Notes: generated by a model from the sequence alone, not told the origin. Positions 18,013 through 28,740 are shown, counted from the stretch's first letter. The stretch is DNA of 53,054 nucleotides from Planctomycetales bacterium (GCA_005239675.1 SBBO01000014.1:1-53054); one strand, 5' to 3'. Made by a program: numbers and translations.

Positions 18013-18981
18013 ATGCAGTTTCTAATTAAACTCCTAGTTATTTTACTTTTTATCAAATGCACGACATTCGGTTGGCGGTTTTCAGGGCCGTGGACGGCCA
18101 AGTTGTCGGTCCAAGAACAATTGACTGCCCAGAATCTGAAAGAAATCGTCACATATTTTACCGAGACAATCGGTGAACGCCATTACGCCCTCTATGCCAA
18201 TCTAGACAAAACAGCTCATTATATTACGCAAAGATTTCAGCAGCTGGGTTATGATGTTGAGCCCATGGCTTATACCATCGGTAACCGGATATATCGTAAT
18301 ATTATAGCGCAGACCTCGCAAGGTAACGCCTCCCGGCCTATAGTCCTGATCGGAGCCCATTATGATTCCTGTTTTAATCCAGGTGCTGATGACAATGCCA
18401 GTGGTATCGCTGGTCTTTTGGAATTAGCGCGGTTATTGAAAAATAGCGATCTTCGCTCCAACGTCCGATTTGTTGGCTTTGTCAACGAAGAGCCACCGTT
18501 TTTCTTAACTGAATCTATGGGGAGCCGTGTCTATGCTAAAGCTGCCCGGCAAAAAGGTGAACGGATCAAGACGGCGATCATTCTGGAAATGCTCGGTTAC
18601 TACTCTGATGGACTATTTTCCCAGAGATATCTGCCCTTGCTGGGGCCATTTTATCCCAACCGGGCCAATTTTATTGCCCTGGTCGGGAACTTCCCTTCGA
18701 GCAGTTTGGTCCAGCGATTCCACAACTATTTTAGGACCCATTCCTATTTTCCCATGGCCCATCTCATTGCCCCTAGTTCTCTACCAGGGGTCTATTTCTC
18801 TGACCATTGGTCTTTTTGGAAACAAGGTTACCCGGCCTTCATGGTGACCGATACAGCATATTTGCGTAATCCTCATTATCATCGGCCCTCTGATCTTAGT
18901 CATACCCTTGATTATGCCCGGATGGCGGTCATGATACACGGATTGAAGGAAGCGATTATTGAGCTGGCCAATGAAAACTGA
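18013..18981 (+). CDS. M28 family metallopeptidase
   Basis: GAHYDS, GADDNASG, NEEPP, SDH, YH. Confidence 0.9.
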   Translation: MQFLIKLLVILLFIKCTTFGWRFSGPWTAKLSVQEQLTAQNLKEIVTYFTETIGERHYALYANLDKTAHYITQRFQQLGYDVEPMAYTIGNRIYRNIIAQTSQGNASRPIVLIGAHYDSCFNPGADDNASGIAGLLELARLLKNSDLRSNVRFVGFVNEEPPFFLTESMGSRVYAKAARQKGERIKTAIILEMLGYYSDGLFSQRYLPLLGPFYPNRANFIALVGNFPSSSLVQRFHNYFRTHSYFPMAHLIAPSSLPGVYFSDHWSFWKQGYPAFMVTDTAYLRNPHYHRPSDLSHTLDYARMAVMIHGLKEAIIELANEN

Positions 18982-19004
18982 GATACGAAAATCCAAGACC
19001 TGAA

Positions 19005-21152
19005 ATGCCCATAGAAGTTACTCCTGATTACAGTCAGAAAATAGCCAAAGAACTTCACTTAACATCCCATCAGGTTAGCGCTACTATCGATTTGCTGGAT
19101 AGCGGTTCCACTGTCCCGTTTATTGCCCGTTACCGTAAGGAAATAACGGGCAGTCTTAATGAAACACTGGTCATATCTATTCGAGACAGGCTTGAGCAAT
19201 GTAGAGAGCTGGACAAGCGACGTGTTTCGATTCTAGGATCTATTGAAAAACAAGGCAAGCTAACCGATGAATTAAAAGAGAAAATCTTACGCGCAGCAAC
19301 GATGGCTGTTCTTGAAGACCTCTACCTTCCTTATAAGCCGAAAAGAAAGACGCGGGCAACCGTAGCTAAAGAAAAAGGACTGGAACCATTGGCGGCATTA
19401 ATTTTTGAACAAAAGGGTATTGATCCGGGTGGGGAGGCGCAGAAATATATTGGTCCGAAGCAAGGCGTGGAATCTGTTGCAGCGGCATTGGCTGGCGCTA
19501 GAGACATTATAGCCGAATGGATCAGTGAAGACGCCCAGCTGCGGGAGAGATTGCGCAGTTTTTTCCATGAGAAGGCCATCATGCGGTCTAAAATTATCAA
19601 GGGCAAGGAAGAGGAGGCGCAGAAATATATAGATTATTTTGATTTTAGAGAATTGGCTAAGACAGCGCCTTCCCATCGGATATTGGCTATCCGTCGCGGG
19701 GAAAAAGAAGAGGTTCTTTCTTTGCGCGTTCAGCCACCCGAAGAGGAGGCTGTCTTTATTGTCCTGCAACACGTCGTCAAAGGTAAAGGGATGGATGCCA
19801 AACAAGTTGAGATTGCGGCGGTGGATGCGTATAAACGATTATTGTCCTTTTCATTAGAAACCGAATACAGGCTGGATTTAAAAAGACGGGCTGATGGAGA
19901 AGCGATAGAGGTGTTTAAGAATAATCTCCGGCAATTGCTTATGGCCCCTCCTCTGGGACAAAAAAATGTCCTTGCGGTTGACCCCGGATATCGTACTGGA
20001 TGTAAAATCGTCTCTTTAGACAGACAGGGAAATCTGCTTAACGCTGACACGATCTATCTGATGGACGACGAAGGCCAGCAAAAAGCGACCGAGACTATTA
20101 AAGGGTTTTTGAAGAAATACGCTGTTGAGGTGATTGCGATCGGAAACGGGACCGCTAGCCGTGAGACAGAGGCATTTTTTAAGAAAATAGATTTATCGGC
20201 AGCGCTGCCTATTATTATGGTCAATGAAAGTGGAGCCTCTATTTATTCTGCATCACAGGTCGCCCGGGACGAATTCCCTGATCAAGACGTTACGGTGCGA
20301 GGATCTGTTTCTATCGGGAGACGATTGATGGATCCCTTGGCCGAATTGGTAAAGATCGATCCCCAATCGATTGGTGTCGGCCAGTATCAGCACGATGTGG
20401 ACCGGACGCTCCTTAAGAATAGCCTTGACGATGTGGTGATAAGCTGTGTCAATCAGGTGGGGGTGGAACTCAATACGGCCAGTAAACAGCTCTTGATGTA
20501 TGTCGCAGGGGTGGGCCCAACGCGTGCTGCCGCCATCATCGAGTATCGCAAGGCCAATGGTCCGTTTCGTTGTCGGGAGGATCTTTCTTGTGTAAAAGGG
20601 CTTGGCCTAAGAGCGGTTGAGCAGGCGGCTGGATTCTTGCGCATCCACAACGGGACCAATCCACTCGATGCCAGTGCGGTCCATCCAGAGTCGTACAGGA
20701 TTATTGAAATAATGGCACGTGATCTTAACTGCACGATCTTGGATCTCATGAAGGATGAAAATTTAAGAAATAAAATTCATTTAGAGGAATATGTGACCGA
20801 TAGAGTTGGGATGCCGACCTTGACCGATATCCTCAAGGAAATAGCAAAACCAGGACGTGATCCGCGAGAGCCCTTTGTCCTTTTCCAATACCAGGAAGGG
20901 GTTGCGACCTTGGAAGACCTAAGACCTGGGATGAAATTACCCGGTGTCGTGACGAACATCACGGCCTTTGGGGCTTTTGTGGATATCGGTGTTCATCATG
21001 ACGGGCTCATCCATATCAGCCAACTTTCCGACCGTTATATCAAAAGTCCCTATGACGTGGTGAAGGTGTATCAAAAGGTAGAGGTGGAGATTCTTGAGGT
21101 TGATCTTAAGCGCAAGCGCATTGCCTTGACGATGCGTAAGAACCGTCGGTGA
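19005..21152 (+). CDS. tex: Tex transcription accessory protein (YqgF, HhH and S1 domains)
   Basis: TVPFIARYRKE, DPGYRTGCK, IGVGQYQHDV, C-terminal S1 domain. Confidence 0.97.
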   Translation: MPIEVTPDYSQKIAKELHLTSHQVSATIDLLDSGSTVPFIARYRKEITGSLNETLVISIRDRLEQCRELDKRRVSILGSIEKQGKLTDELKEKILRAATMAVLEDLYLPYKPKRKTRATVAKEKGLEPLAALIFEQKGIDPGGEAQKYIGPKQGVESVAAALAGARDIIAEWISEDAQLRERLRSFFHEKAIMRSKIIKGKEEEAQKYIDYFDFRELAKTAPSHRILAIRRGEKEEVLSLRVQPPEEEAVFIVLQHVVKGKGMDAKQVEIAAVDAYKRLLSFSLETEYRLDLKRRADGEAIEVFKNNLRQLLMAPPLGQKNVLAVDPGYRTGCKIVSLDRQGNLLNADTIYLMDDEGQQKATETIKGFLKKYAVEVIAIGNGTASRETEAFFKKIDLSAALPIIMVNESGASIYSASQVARDEFPDQDVTVRGSVSIGRRLMDPLAELVKIDPQSIGVGQYQHDVDRTLLKNSLDDVVISCVNQVGVELNTASKQLLMYVAGVGPTRAAAIIEYRKANGPFRCREDLSCVKGLGLRAVEQAAGFLRIHNGTNPLDASAVHPESYRIIEIMARDLNCTILDLMKDENLRNKIHLEEYVTDRVGMPTLTDILKEIAKPGRDPREPFVLFQYQEGVATLEDLRPGMKLPGVVTNITAFGAFVDIGVHHDGLIHISQLSDRYIKSPYDVVKVYQKVEVEILEVDLKRKRIALTMRKNRR

Positions 21153-21170
21153 CCAGCGGCAGATTTTAGA

Positions 21171-21199
21171 TTGAAATCCTTTCATAAGTTTGTTATCCT
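21171..21199 (+). promoter_or_regulatory. sigma70 promoter of the hem genes
   Basis: TTGAAA (21171-21176), 17-nt spacer, TATCCT (21194-21199) preceded by TGn; the ATG follows 8 nt later. Confidence 0.5.
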
Positions 21200-21207
21200 G
21201 GCCTAGG

Positions 21208-22584
21208 ATGCCTTTGACAGTTGATAGAGAAACAATCCTTAAGTTCGATACCCCGGGTCCTCGTTACACCAGTTACCCAACGGCACCAGTCTGGACTGAT
21301 GAGGTCAATGGGGGCCTGTACGCCAACAAACTTGCTATCTTTGGTGCGACCGATAAGACTATTTCTTTGTATATCCATATTCCATTTTGTGAATCGCTGT
21401 GCACTTATTGCGGATGCAATGTCGTTATCCGTCGTAAAGATAGCCGTTTTGGCGATGAATATTTGGATTATCTTGAGCGTGAAATGGAGCTGGTTTATCG
21501 ATTCCTGGGTACCCGTAAAAAAGTGTGTCAGTTGCACTGGGGCGGGGGGACGCCGACATTTCTTAATGAACCGCAGATCGAACGTTTGTACCAGATGACG
21601 CGAAGGTATTTTGATATTGACCCCAATGGTGAGGTTGCGCTCGAGATCGACCCGCGCACCATTGATAAATCCAAAATTCAAAAGCTACGCATGTTGGGGT
21701 TCAACCGCGTTTCCCTGGGCGTGCAGGATTTTAATGAAGACGTCCAGAGGCAGGTCAATCGCTATCAGCCATATGCCATGGTCGAAGAATCAATGGACTG
21801 GTGCCGGCAATTGGTATTCACGTCCGTTAATTTTGATTTGATTTATGGGCTTCCTTACCAGACGCTAGCTAGTTTCCGGCAGACAATAGAAAAGGTTATA
21901 ATCCTACACCCTGACCGGATTGCGCTTTACAGCTTTGCATACGTGCCGTGGCACAAGAGGCATCAGTATAAAATTGATATCGAGCTCCTTCCATCCAATG
22001 ACGTCAAGCTGGATATTTTCTTGCAGGCCCGCGATCAATTGCTACAGGCTGGTTACCGGGCAATTGCCATGGATCATTTTGCCCTTGCCGAGGATGAATT
22101 GGCCCGGGCCTCTGAGGCAGGGACTTTGCACCGCAATTTTATGGGCTATACGGTCAAGCCTGTTGACGAATGCCTGGGACTGGGGGTCAGTGCCATTGGA
22201 TTTCTGGAAAATACGTATATCCAGAATCAGAAGGCCCTACCCCATTATTGCAAGGCCTTGGCGCAGGGGCGACTCCCTGTCGAGCGTGGCAAGATATTAA
22301 GCAGGGACGATCAGATCCGTCGCTGGACGATCAACGCCTTGATGTGTCGTTTTGCAGTGGATAAAGTGGTGTTCACGCAGAAATTTCACGTACCCTTTGA
22401 GGCGTATTTTGCCAAGGAGCAAGGACATCTACGCTGGTGCGTGGATAATGAACTTATTGACCAGAACGACACGCATATTGAGGTCTTGGAGCTGGGAAAG
22501 ATATTCATCCGCAATGTGTGCATGGGATTCGATCTTTATTTACGACAGAAAAATATTTCGGTGCAATTCTCGAGGACCGTGTGA
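21208..22584 (+). CDS. hemN: oxygen-independent coproporphyrinogen III dehydrogenase
   Basis: GPRYTSYPTA (true HemN rather than HemW), YIHIPFCESLCTYCGC, GGGTP, LHRNFMGY. Confidence 0.95.
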   Translation: MPLTVDRETILKFDTPGPRYTSYPTAPVWTDEVNGGLYANKLAIFGATDKTISLYIHIPFCESLCTYCGCNVVIRRKDSRFGDEYLDYLEREMELVYRFLGTRKKVCQLHWGGGTPTFLNEPQIERLYQMTRRYFDIDPNGEVALEIDPRTIDKSKIQKLRMLGFNRVSLGVQDFNEDVQRQVNRYQPYAMVEESMDWCRQLVFTSVNFDLIYGLPYQTLASFRQTIEKVIILHPDRIALYSFAYVPWHKRHQYKIDIELLPSNDVKLDIFLQARDQLLQAGYRAIAMDHFALAEDELARASEAGTLHRNFMGYTVKPVDECLGLGVSAIGFLENTYIQNQKALPHYCKALAQGRLPVERGKILSRDDQIRRWTINALMCRFAVDKVVFTQKFHVPFEAYFAKEQGHLRWCVDNELIDQNDTHIEVLELGKIFIRNVCMGFDLYLRQKNISVQFSRTV

Positions 22585-23615
22585 CTTCTTCTTTATTCCT
22601 TCAAGCCTTTCAAGGCGTCAACAAGCAAGTCCCCGTATGGTTCATGCGTCAGGCTGGGCGTTATCTTCCCCCCTACCAGGCTATCAAGAAAAGGCATTCC
22701 CTCCAGAGGATGTTTGACACCCCCGAACTAGCCGCTGAACTGACCTGCCTTCCGGTAGATATTTTAGGGGTTGATGCCGCCATTCTCTTTGCTGATATCC
22801 TGACTCTCCCTGCGCTCATGGGGTTTGATATCCGTTTTGATGACAAGGATGGGCCGGTCATTGCAAAGACGCTTGGCCTGACCCCACCAGTCCAAGGCGT
22901 CCATGATGCCGAAGATTTTTCCGTTCAGACCAAGACCATCCAGCTGGTTAATGAGCAGCTCGCTGCCGATATTGCCCTGATTGGTTTTGCGGGTTCTCCT
23001 TTTACAGTCCTGACGTATTTAGTGGAAGGAGGCCCCTCAATTAATTTTTCCAAGACATTTCGTTTTATTCACGAAGATCCCCAATCGTTTCGGGCATGGT
23101 TGGAGTTTCTAACGGATAACACGATTCGTTATCTCAATAGCCAGAAGGAGGCGGGAATCAAGGCTTTTCAATTATTCGACAGCTGGGCGGGAATCCTGCG
23201 GCCGGCGGATTTTGCCCGCTGGGCACTTCCTTACGCGCAGCAGATTTTCCAGGGAGTCGACCTGCCATCGATTTATTTTGTGCGTAACAGCGCACCTTTA
23301 TTGGCCTTGATGGACCAGTCGCAGGCTTATGTCCTATCGGTGGACCAGAGTGTAGTCTTAGGGCATCATACTGTAATCGAGAAAACGAAGAAAGGTATCC
23401 AGGGTAATTTGTTCAACGGGCTTTTATATGCAGACAATGCGACCTTAAAAAAAGAGGTGCGTGATTGTCTGGTCGGCGGCTGCCGGCATCCCCGATATAT
23501 CTTTAATTTGAGCCACGGTATTTTTCCCGACACCCAGGTCGATAAGCTTAAGTTCGTGGTGGACCAGGTGCATGCCTTTGAGAATAAAATTGAGCACGAT
23601 CACACCCACGCCTAA
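22581..23615 (+). CDS. hemE: uroporphyrinogen decarboxylase
   Basis: PVWFMRQAGRYLP, AAILFADIL, IGFAGSPFT, QLFDSWAG, IFNLSHGI; GTG start overlaps the hemN stop. Confidence 0.95.
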   Translation: MTSSLFLQAFQGVNKQVPVWFMRQAGRYLPPYQAIKKRHSLQRMFDTPELAAELTCLPVDILGVDAAILFADILTLPALMGFDIRFDDKDGPVIAKTLGLTPPVQGVHDAEDFSVQTKTIQLVNEQLAADIALIGFAGSPFTVLTYLVEGGPSINFSKTFRFIHEDPQSFRAWLEFLTDNTIRYLNSQKEAGIKAFQLFDSWAGILRPADFARWALPYAQQIFQGVDLPSIYFVRNSAPLLALMDQSQAYVLSVDQSVVLGHHTVIEKTKKGIQGNLFNGLLYADNATLKKEVRDCLVGGCRHPRYIFNLSHGIFPDTQVDKLKFVVDQVHAFENKIEHDHTHA

Positions 23616-24957
23616 GAGGATTGTGATCATTGGCGGCGGGATAAGCGGTCTTGCCATCCTACATTATCTAAAGCAAAAATATGCTGGATGCCGCGACGTT
23701 GAAATTTTCCTTCTAGAGAAAGATGCCTCGCTTGGCGGGACAATTCGTTCTGTCGTGCGCGGTGATTATATTTTTGAGGTTGGTCCTAACGGATTCCTTG
23801 ATTCGGCACCCAGGACCATGGAGCTCGTTCGGGATTTGGGATTAAGCGTTGAGCTAGTGCGCTCAGATCCGTTTTCTAAAATGCGATACGTGGCGCTGGA
23901 TGATACCCTTCATCCGGTTCCAACCAGTTTAGCGCAGTTTTTAACGTTCCAACCATTGAGCTGGGGAGACAAGGCGCGCGTCTTTGCTGAGATGTTTACC
24001 CCCAAAGGCAATGACCCCGACGAGAGTGTGTACGACTTCGGCGTAAGGCGGTTTGGGAAGAAATTTGCCGATATATTTCTGGACCCCTTGGTCATGGGCA
24101 TTTACGGGGGGAATGCCCGGGATATTGTCTTAAAAGCAGCCTTTGGCAATATTTATCAATTAGAGCAGCAGCACGGATCATTATTGAAGGCCATGATGAA
24201 ATGGCCAAGGGCCCGGATGTCTTCTCGCCTGGGGACCTTAGTGTCATTTCGCCGTGGACAGGTGCAATTAACGGACAGTCTTGCTGACCGCTATAAAGAG
24301 AGCACCCGTTTAAATGTGCAAGTGAACCCAGTGACGCGTATGCCGGGGTATTTTGTTGTTACGACTACTGACACTCGCTATGAAGTGGACGAAATTTTTA
24401 TCTGCACACCAGCCTATCAGGCTGCTCTTATTGTCAAAGAGATCAGTCCATCCCTCGCCCAAAATCTGGAAAGAATCCGTTATGTGCCTATGGCTGTGGT
24501 GGGATTGGTTTTTCCGTGTCAGGCCTTTGCGTCACCGCCTTCAGGGTTTGGATACCTGATCCCTTCAGGTGCAAGGAAAGAGATCCTGGGTGTTTTATTT
24601 GAAAGTAACATCTTCCCCAGCCGCTGCAGCGATAACGAGGTCTTATTGCGAGTTATGATTGGCGGTAGCCGTTATCCAGAGATCTTAAAGAAATCCTGTG
24701 CAGAATTGACGACCTTAGCATGCAGAGAAATTCAGGCAACGTTAGGGATAGACACGGCACCGATAGAAACGTTTTATGCCGCCCGGCTGGCTGCGATCCC
24801 TCAGTACGACCGTACCTATGTCGAGGTCGAATGTCAACTAGAGGAGGAATTAAGAAAATGGCCAGGACTCCATCTTATCGCCAACTACCGCAAAGGCGTC
24901 TCCATCAACGACTGCATCGAAAACGCCTATCAAGCAGTCCATGCCTCCTCCTTATAG
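23572..24957 (+). CDS. hemG: HemY/HemG-type FAD-dependent (proto/copro)porphyrinogen oxidase
   Basis: GGGISGL, EVGPNGF, GIYGG, GFGYLIP, AIPQY, GVSINDC. Confidence 0.92.
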   Translation: MPLRIKLSTITPTPKRIVIIGGGISGLAILHYLKQKYAGCRDVEIFLLEKDASLGGTIRSVVRGDYIFEVGPNGFLDSAPRTMELVRDLGLSVELVRSDPFSKMRYVALDDTLHPVPTSLAQFLTFQPLSWGDKARVFAEMFTPKGNDPDESVYDFGVRRFGKKFADIFLDPLVMGIYGGNARDIVLKAAFGNIYQLEQQHGSLLKAMMKWPRARMSSRLGTLVSFRRGQVQLTDSLADRYKESTRLNVQVNPVTRMPGYFVVTTTDTRYEVDEIFICTPAYQAALIVKEISPSLAQNLERIRYVPMAVVGLVFPCQAFASPPSGFGYLIPSGARKEILGVLFESNIFPSRCSDNEVLLRVMIGGSRYPEILKKSCAELTTLACREIQATLGIDTAPIETFYAARLAAIPQYDRTYVEVECQLEEELRKWPGLHLIANYRKGVSINDCIENAYQAVHASSL

Positions 24958-24958
24958 C

Positions 24959-24987
24959 TTGTTTTTTAGATGAAAATCTCTTAGAAT
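24959..24987 (+). promoter_or_regulatory. possible sigma70 promoter
   Basis: TTGTTT (24959-24964), 17-nt spacer, TAGAAT (24982-24987). Confidence 0.4.
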
Positions 24988-24997
24988 ACACGACAAT

Positions 24998-25651
24998 ATG
25001 AATCTATCTATATATTTTGTTTTTGTCTTTTGTTTTGTCTCTGTCATCGGTTGTCAGCGTACCCCAGTGAAAAGGGTGTACCGTGAGGTTGTTATCGATG
25101 CGCCGCAACGAGCATCTTCTTTGGTTCCTCACGACGATATCCACGCCTTCTTACAAGAAGGTATGCCCATGGCAAAAGAACGCCTTGTTGCCCATCCCTT
25201 TTTGTCATGGACCACGCCCGAGGGCTGGCAGGAAAGTCCGGGAGGCGGTATGCGCCTGGTTAGTTTTGCGGCCATGGATAAGGACAATCCTATGGAATGC
25301 ACCATTATCTCGCTGAGCGGCCAGGCCGGCGGACTCACGTCGAACGTGGCGCGTTGGATGGGGCAAGTCAATATTGTTGTGCCAGACACGGTTCACCTGG
25401 AACAATTTCTCAGCGCGCAAAGGCAGGTTAGCACCCAAGACGGTTTTGCGGCGACTATTGTTGACCTCACGCAGCTGCAATCCGTAGAAGACCTACGTAG
25501 TCCCTCTATGATAGCGACAGTTGTTGCCCTGCCGGAGGTAAGCGTATTCGTCAAGATGACGGGCAGCCGTGGGGCCCTGCTTAAGAATAAAGACAAGTTT
25601 GTGGCATTGTGTGAATCTTTAAAGCTAAATGATGATGACCACGATTCATAA
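24998..25651 (+). CDS. lipoprotein of unknown function, coupled to cytochrome c biogenesis genes
   Basis: VIG-C lipobox; WTTPEGW, NVARW, VFVKMTG; overlaps the resB start. Confidence 0.75.
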   Translation: MNLSIYFVFVFCFVSVIGCQRTPVKRVYREVVIDAPQRASSLVPHDDIHAFLQEGMPMAKERLVAHPFLSWTTPEGWQESPGGGMRLVSFAAMDKDNPMECTIISLSGQAGGLTSNVARWMGQVNIVVPDTVHLEQFLSAQRQVSTQDGFAATIVDLTQLQSVEDLRSPSMIATVVALPEVSVFVKMTGSRGALLKNKDKFVALCESLKLNDDDHDS

Positions 25652-26783
25652 AAGACTGCAGAGGAATCCCGCAATCAAATTCTGCGCATCGCTTAAGATC
25701 ACATTGACGTGTCTTACGCTACTTTTTATCCTTACGTTCTGGGGTACTATTGATCAAGTCTATAATGGGTTATATCTGTCCCAAGAGCGATTTTTTCACT
25801 CTTTTTTCTTTACGTTTGCTGGATTTATCCCTTTTCCCGGCACACAGCTGGTCCTTTGGGTTTTATTTATTAATCTTATATGTGTGGCGTTGGTGCGTTT
25901 CGTGTATGCATGGGATCATCTCGGAATTACCATCATTCATGCCGGACTTCTATTATTTTTCGTGGCTGCCTATATCACTTTCCATAATACCAAAGAGTCG
26001 CAATTGACCCTGATGGAAAAAGAAGGGTCCAATGTATCGAGCGCCTATCATGATTGGGAAGTGGCGCTCTGGAAAGAAGATGGCGGTGTGAAAGATGTCT
26101 ATGCCTATGACACGCGGGGCCTACGTTCAGGAGAGAAATTAGATTTTTCTGACTATGACCTGGAGCTCACGGTCAATCATTATTATCCACATAGCGAAGC
26201 GTACTCCGGTGGGACTGGTGGCATATTAAATGCCTCCGGTATTCAGGCCCTGCAACCAGCGCCACGGCAACAGGCACCAGAGAAAAATTTCCCTGGGTTG
26301 GTGGCAACGCTAGCTGGCCTTGGCCCTGTCCTTTTGTACGGCGGCGAAGACAAGCCTTTAAAGATTACCCACCAGTCTCAAGATTATTTTCTGCAGCTAC
26401 GCCGAAAGCATTCCCCAATGCCTTTTTTGCTGCGGCTTAAGGATTTTAAGGTTGAGTGGCATCCCCATACCCAGGTCGCGCGCAGTTATCAAAGTCTGGT
26501 GGACGTTATTGTGCCGGATGGCTCCCTACAAGGTCCTTTGGGGCCTTTCAGGCTAAGCGGTTCGCGGGAGGTCCTTATATCGATGAACAAGCCCCTAAGA
26601 TATAAAGATTTCACCTTGTACCAGGCCTCTTACGCTATCGATCAATGGGGAAGGGAATCCTCGACTTTGGCGGTTGTAAAGAATTCTGGACGCTTGCTGC
26701 CGTACCTCGCCAGCTTTACGACCGTCATTGGTTTGGTATTACATTTTTTGCTGATGGTCTTTAAGGCAAAATTAAAACATTGA
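25629..26783 (+). CDS. resB: ResB/CcsB-like cytochrome c biogenesis protein
   Basis: Three N-terminal TM helices with GITIIHAG; LRLKDF, SYQS, ISMNKPLRYKDFTLYQAS; C-terminal TM helix. Confidence 0.85.
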   Translation: MMMTTIHKRLQRNPAIKFCASLKITLTCLTLLFILTFWGTIDQVYNGLYLSQERFFHSFFFTFAGFIPFPGTQLVLWVLFINLICVALVRFVYAWDHLGITIIHAGLLLFFVAAYITFHNTKESQLTLMEKEGSNVSSAYHDWEVALWKEDGGVKDVYAYDTRGLRSGEKLDFSDYDLELTVNHYYPHSEAYSGGTGGILNASGIQALQPAPRQQAPEKNFPGLVATLAGLGPVLLYGGEDKPLKITHQSQDYFLQLRRKHSPMPFLLRLKDFKVEWHPHTQVARSYQSLVDVIVPDGSLQGPLGPFRLSGSREVLISMNKPLRYKDFTLYQASYAIDQWGRESSTLAVVKNSGRLLPYLASFTTVIGLVLHFLLMVFKAKLKH

Positions 26784-26800
26784 AGACCTGGCATCCTGTT

Positions 26801-28726
26801 ATGCGCAAAAAAATGATAATAGTTGTTTGTCTCTTGACGTTAGGCTGCCCGCTTTGTTTCGCTAAGCCTATCTGTCCGTTGGGGGGTCCTGTGACCCAAC
26901 CCCGTAAGGTCAGCTCTTTAGATCAGTTTGGTGCCATCGCTATCCTTTCTGATGGACGTGTTAAACCTGTGGATACCTATGCCAGGACTCTTTTGTTGCA
27001 GTTATCAGGAAAGACATCATTGAATAAGGAGTCAGCGGTGGCATGGCTGGCGAGACTTCTTTTTGCTCCCGCGACCACCTTTAACGATAAAGTTTTTATT
27101 ATCAATAATCCTGAAACGGCCTTTGCCTTAGGCGTTACACCAGATCCCAAGAGGCGTTACAGTTTCACCCAGTTAAGGACGGGATTCGCCAAACTTGCGG
27201 AGCTTGCCCGCTTGGCCGATAAAATTGATGCTAAAAAACGAAGCGCAGTTGAAGAGGAGGTCATCCGCGTCTATCATAATTGCCTTTTATATGACCGGCA
27301 TACAAGGGTATTTTATTTTGCGCTTCCTTCCGCGGAATTCCAGATTGCGGATACCGACATTGTCAAGGCGCTCGATCTACCGCCCCAACAAACCTTATTT
27401 AGTTTTTATGATTTGGCATCTCGCGCTGACCTGCTCAGACAGCAAACCAAATCTTTGGAGCTGAATCGGCCGGAGGATTGGTCGTTCAAGGAAAAAGAGC
27501 TATTTCGACTAATGAATAATTTATATCATTGGTCGATTTCTTATCGTGATCTTCCTTTTCAGATTATCCCAGCTCCTCTGGCATTCTCAGAGCAGTGGTT
27601 GAGTCCCATGGACGCTATTAGCCGCGCCTTTGCGGACCCCCAGGTCCGAGAGGAAATTGCGCTTGTGCGCACCATGGTCGTGTCGTATTGGAATGGAGAA
27701 GAGATGCTCTTTGATTTTGCCATTAGGTCTTTTTCCAATTCCATTATTAACCGTGTGGCAGGTGCAATGAGAAGAAATATCAGTACCATCCCTTTTGAAT
27801 TGTTCTATAATCAGGCGAACCTATTTGGGTGGGCGAGAGTACTATATGCTATGGCCTTAGGTATATTTTTGTTTTCATTTCTTGCAGCGCGCCAGAAGAG
27901 GCTACGTCCAGTCGCGCTTGCCCTGATCGTTGCGGGACTTTTTTATCATGTAGTGGCCATCGCGCTACGTATCATTATTATGGGCCGGCCACCGGTAAGC
28001 AATTTGTACGAGACGTTTATTTTTGTGGGGATGGTGACGGTCTTAGCCGGGATCACCATTGAGCTCGTTAATAGGCGTTGGGTGGGGATTAGTGTTGCTG
28101 GCGTATGCGGGTTTGTTTTTCTCACCATTGCCGGAAAATTCGCCGCTGAAGGTGACACCTTACGGATGTTGGTGGCGGTCTTAAACTCGAATTTCTGGCT
28201 GGGGACCCATGTCTTGTCTATCACGGCTGGTTATTCCGGTGTGTGCGTGGCCGGCCTTGTTGGACATCTTTATATCTTGCAGTGCATTCGATATCCGAAA
28301 GATAAGATCGCCCTAAAATCGACTTATCATAATATGATCGGTGCCTTGGGATTTGGGCTCATCATGAGCTTTTTGGGGACCACCCTTGGCGGGATATGGG
28401 CAGACCAGTCGTGGGGACGATTCTGGGGTTGGGACCCAAAGGAAAACGGCGCCCTCTTGATAATCCTTTGGTGTGCGATTATTTTTCATGCCCGGATAGG
28501 ACGCTTTATTGGACCCTTGGGGGTGGCGGTGGGGAGCGTCTTGGGGATTGTTGTTGTCATGTGGGCATGGTTTGGCGTGAATTTATTGAGCGTGGGATTG
28601 CATTCGTACGGTTTTACCTCCGGGGTTGCGACTGGGCTAATGATGTATGTCGCAGGAGAAGTTCTCTTTTTAACTATCGGTGTTTCTATCGCACGCAGAA
28701 ATAATATTAAGCTAAGTCAGAGTTGA
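26801..28726 (+). CDS. ccsA: CcsA/ResC cytochrome c synthase with a large N-terminal extracytoplasmic domain
   Basis: GRVKPVDT, PPVSNLYE, WLGTHV, WWD domain GGIWADQSWGRFWGWDPKE, GLHSY; alternative TTG start at 26780. Confidence 0.92.
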   Translation: MRKKMIIVVCLLTLGCPLCFAKPICPLGGPVTQPRKVSSLDQFGAIAILSDGRVKPVDTYARTLLLQLSGKTSLNKESAVAWLARLLFAPATTFNDKVFIINNPETAFALGVTPDPKRRYSFTQLRTGFAKLAELARLADKIDAKKRSAVEEEVIRVYHNCLLYDRHTRVFYFALPSAEFQIADTDIVKALDLPPQQTLFSFYDLASRADLLRQQTKSLELNRPEDWSFKEKELFRLMNNLYHWSISYRDLPFQIIPAPLAFSEQWLSPMDAISRAFADPQVREEIALVRTMVVSYWNGEEMLFDFAIRSFSNSIINRVAGAMRRNISTIPFELFYNQANLFGWARVLYAMALGIFLFSFLAARQKRLRPVALALIVAGLFYHVVAIALRIIIMGRPPVSNLYETFIFVGMVTVLAGITIELVNRRWVGISVAGVCGFVFLTIAGKFAAEGDTLRMLVAVLNSNFWLGTHVLSITAGYSGVCVAGLVGHLYILQCIRYPKDKIALKSTYHNMIGALGFGLIMSFLGTTLGGIWADQSWGRFWGWDPKENGALLIILWCAIIFHARIGRFIGPLGVAVGSVLGIVVVMWAWFGVNLLSVGLHSYGFTSGVATGLMMYVAGEVLFLTIGVSIARRNNIKLSQS

Positions 28727-28740
28727 CTACCGAGTTAAAA

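Noticed and set aside
23590-23615. His-rich C-terminus of HemE (HDHTHA)
   Set aside because: It lies in the overlap with hemG and is probably a by-product of dual coding.
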